A DNA stretch of 64,000 nucleotides from a virus (Duplodnaviria; Caudoviricetes): the IMG/VR virus record IMGVR_UViG_3300029288_001872, positions 32,001 to 96,000 of that record. One strand, written 5' to 3'. The translations under genes and the position numbers were made by a program. The notes under the pieces were generated by a model, which made no database searches, had not been told where the DNA came from, and saw only the letters and a program-made list of their open reading frames with translations. This document shows, piece after piece, positions 62,502-64,000 of the stretch; position 1 is the stretch's first letter; each line of letters starts with the position of its first letter.

Positions 62502-63763
62502 ATCCTAAAGAAATCAAAACCAGAGAGCCATTTAATCGTCTCTTCCCAATTGATTATAATATTGAAGAGGCTATTCTTGAACATATGAAAGAATATGGTT
62601 ATGACCAAGACCAACCTGTAATTCTATGGAAAGAAGAAAATGTTGTGGTGGATGGCCACACTCGTTTACAAGTAGCAAAACGGCTTGGTTTAGAAGATAT
62701 ACCTGTTAGCATGAAATCCTTTCCTGATGAACTGTCAGCTTTAAAACACGCGATTCACAATCAAAGAGACAGACGCAATTTCACTGATATTCAAATCCTA
62801 GCTTGTATTGAAATCGTGGACAAGGTTAAACAATCAGGAGAACGGGCAGACCTAGCATCAATTGATGCTAGGTCAAACAAGGGTAAATCAGCAGAAACTA
62901 CAGCTAAAATAGTTGGTACATCCCAAGCCAAGGTAGAACGTGCCAGAAAAGTTCTCTCAGACCCAAAGGAAAAGGAATCTGTCTTAAAAGGCGAGAAGAC
63001 TATTCACAAAGCTGCTCAAGACGTAAAAGAGAAAACCCAAGAGAAAAAATTCACTTTCAATAAGACTACAGAAAGTATTGAATGGGCTTTGTGGACGTGG
63101 AACCCCGTCACCGGCTGCAAAATCGGCTGTCCATATTGCTATGCTAGGAATTTGACAAAAAGATTTCCAGACAATTTCCCTTATGGTTTCGAGCCGCATT
63201 TTTGGGAAGAAAGGTTAGATGCCCCTAAAAATTCACCTGTACCAAAATCGGAAGCAATCGGGGACCGAAATGTTTTTGTCTGTTCGATGGCTGATTTGTT
63301 TGGTGAATGGGTGCCTCAAGAATGGATAGACAAAATTCTTGAAAAAGTGAGAGAAAATCCGCAATGGAATTTTTTGTTTTTAACCAAAAATTCTAAAAGG
63401 TTGATTGAACAAAATTGGCCCGAAAATTGCTGGGCAGGCACAACGGTAGACACTCAAAAAAGATTTGAAAATGCCATAATAAATCTTGAAGAATTGGAGA
63501 AATCAGAAAATAGGCCACCAGTTATTTTTATTTCATTTGAGCCTCTTTTAGAAGAAATTTTTCTTGACAAGCATAATTTATCTTGTGTAGAATGGATAAT
63601 AATCGGTGGACAAAGTTCAGCAGGAGATTCACCAGAATTTCAACCAGAATGGAAATGGGTTGAAAAGATTTTGATAAAAGCTAGGGAAAATAATTGTGAT
63701 GTGTATTTCAAGCCTAATTTAAAATCAAGGCCAAAAGAATATCCCCTGAAAAAGGGAATATAA
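62498..63763 (+). CDS. ParB-like N-domain fused to DUF5131 (Gp37/Gp68 radical-SAM-like)
   Basis: 'VVDGHTR...A', 'HNQ..RRN'; 'WNPVTGCKIGCPYCYA', 'VFVCSMADLF', 'LTK', 'SFEPLL', 'WIIIGG'. Confidence 0.85.
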   Translation: MNPKEIKTREPFNRLFPIDYNIEEAILEHMKEYGYDQDQPVILWKEENVVVDGHTRLQVAKRLGLEDIPVSMKSFPDELSALKHAIHNQRDRRNFTDIQILACIEIVDKVKQSGERADLASIDARSNKGKSAETTAKIVGTSQAKVERARKVLSDPKEKESVLKGEKTIHKAAQDVKEKTQEKKFTFNKTTESIEWALWTWNPVTGCKIGCPYCYARNLTKRFPDNFPYGFEPHFWEERLDAPKNSPVPKSEAIGDRNVFVCSMADLFGEWVPQEWIDKILEKVRENPQWNFLFLTKNSKRLIEQNWPENCWAGTTVDTQKRFENAIINLEELEKSENRPPVIFISFEPLLEEIFLDKHNLSCVEWIIIGGQSSAGDSPEFQPEWKWVEKILIKARENNCDVYFKPNLKSRPKEYPLKKGI

Positions 63764-63785
63764 AACACACAAAAGGAGGGATGAA

Positions 63786-64000
63786 ATGAAAATTATCTTT
63801 ATCATTATATCGCTGGCTCTAACTACATTAACAAGCTGTGCTACGGCTTATCAGCCCATGGGAATAACCGGCGGATATGCTGACAACCAAGTGTCAGAAA
63901 ATGAGTTCATCATCCAATTTGATGGTAATGGTTATACTGACAAGATGCGAGCCGTGCAGTTCGCTTTGATGCGCTGCGCCGATGTTTGTCTGGCTAATGG
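63786..64000 (+). CDS. Partial lipoprotein (CC0125/CC1285-like)
   Basis: Own translation MKIIFIIISLALTTLTSCATAYQPMGITGGY...F.GNGYT...ALMRCA; lipobox LTSC. Confidence 0.65.
   Translation, partial: MKIIFIIISLALTTLTSCATAYQPMGITGGYADNQVSENEFIIQFDGNGYTDKMRAVQFALMRCADVCLAN

Noticed and set aside
1-64000. Genome-wide stop-codon reassignment (TGA or TAG)
   Set aside because: Core genes are intact in code 11, and TGA/TAG end many genes at natural boundaries, often as ATGA overlaps; only the MuF TGA interrupts a conserved motif.

Overview
AT-rich (roughly 30-35% GC by eye) segment of a large tailed dsDNA phage (Caudoviricetes). Its host is probably Gram-negative, judging from the spanins, sigma70-type promoters and AAAGGAGG ribosome-binding sites. 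Positions 1-34.0 kb are a leftward late operon: terS, intein-containing terL, DUF4055-type portal, MuF-like head protein, two endolysins plus spanins, scaffold, epsilon15/BPP-1-type major capsid and cement, and neck genes. It is interrupted by about seven free-standing homing endonucleases and a sugar-modification cassette (WbpB-like, WbpD-like, GT2, SGNH esterase). Positions 34.3-64 kb are rightward middle/early genes: a regulator, a nuclease, a deaminase, two TnpB elements (one leftward), an amidoligase/GATase pair, many small early ORFs and a TcmP-like + ParB-DUF5131 pair. A repeat-rich non-coding zone lies at 43-49 kb. Top finding: the MuF head-morphogenesis gene is split by one in-frame TGA exactly at the conserved Cys of the HPxCRC motif. 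It is followed by a hairpin with bacterial SECIS geometry, so this is a candidate phage-encoded selenoprotein. Other notable items are a possible virion glycosylation system, a 28-unit array that is self-complementary as RNA, a pseudoknot at a ribosome-binding site and a diverged ~120-bp inverted element pair. All family calls come from motif recognition, not from database searches.
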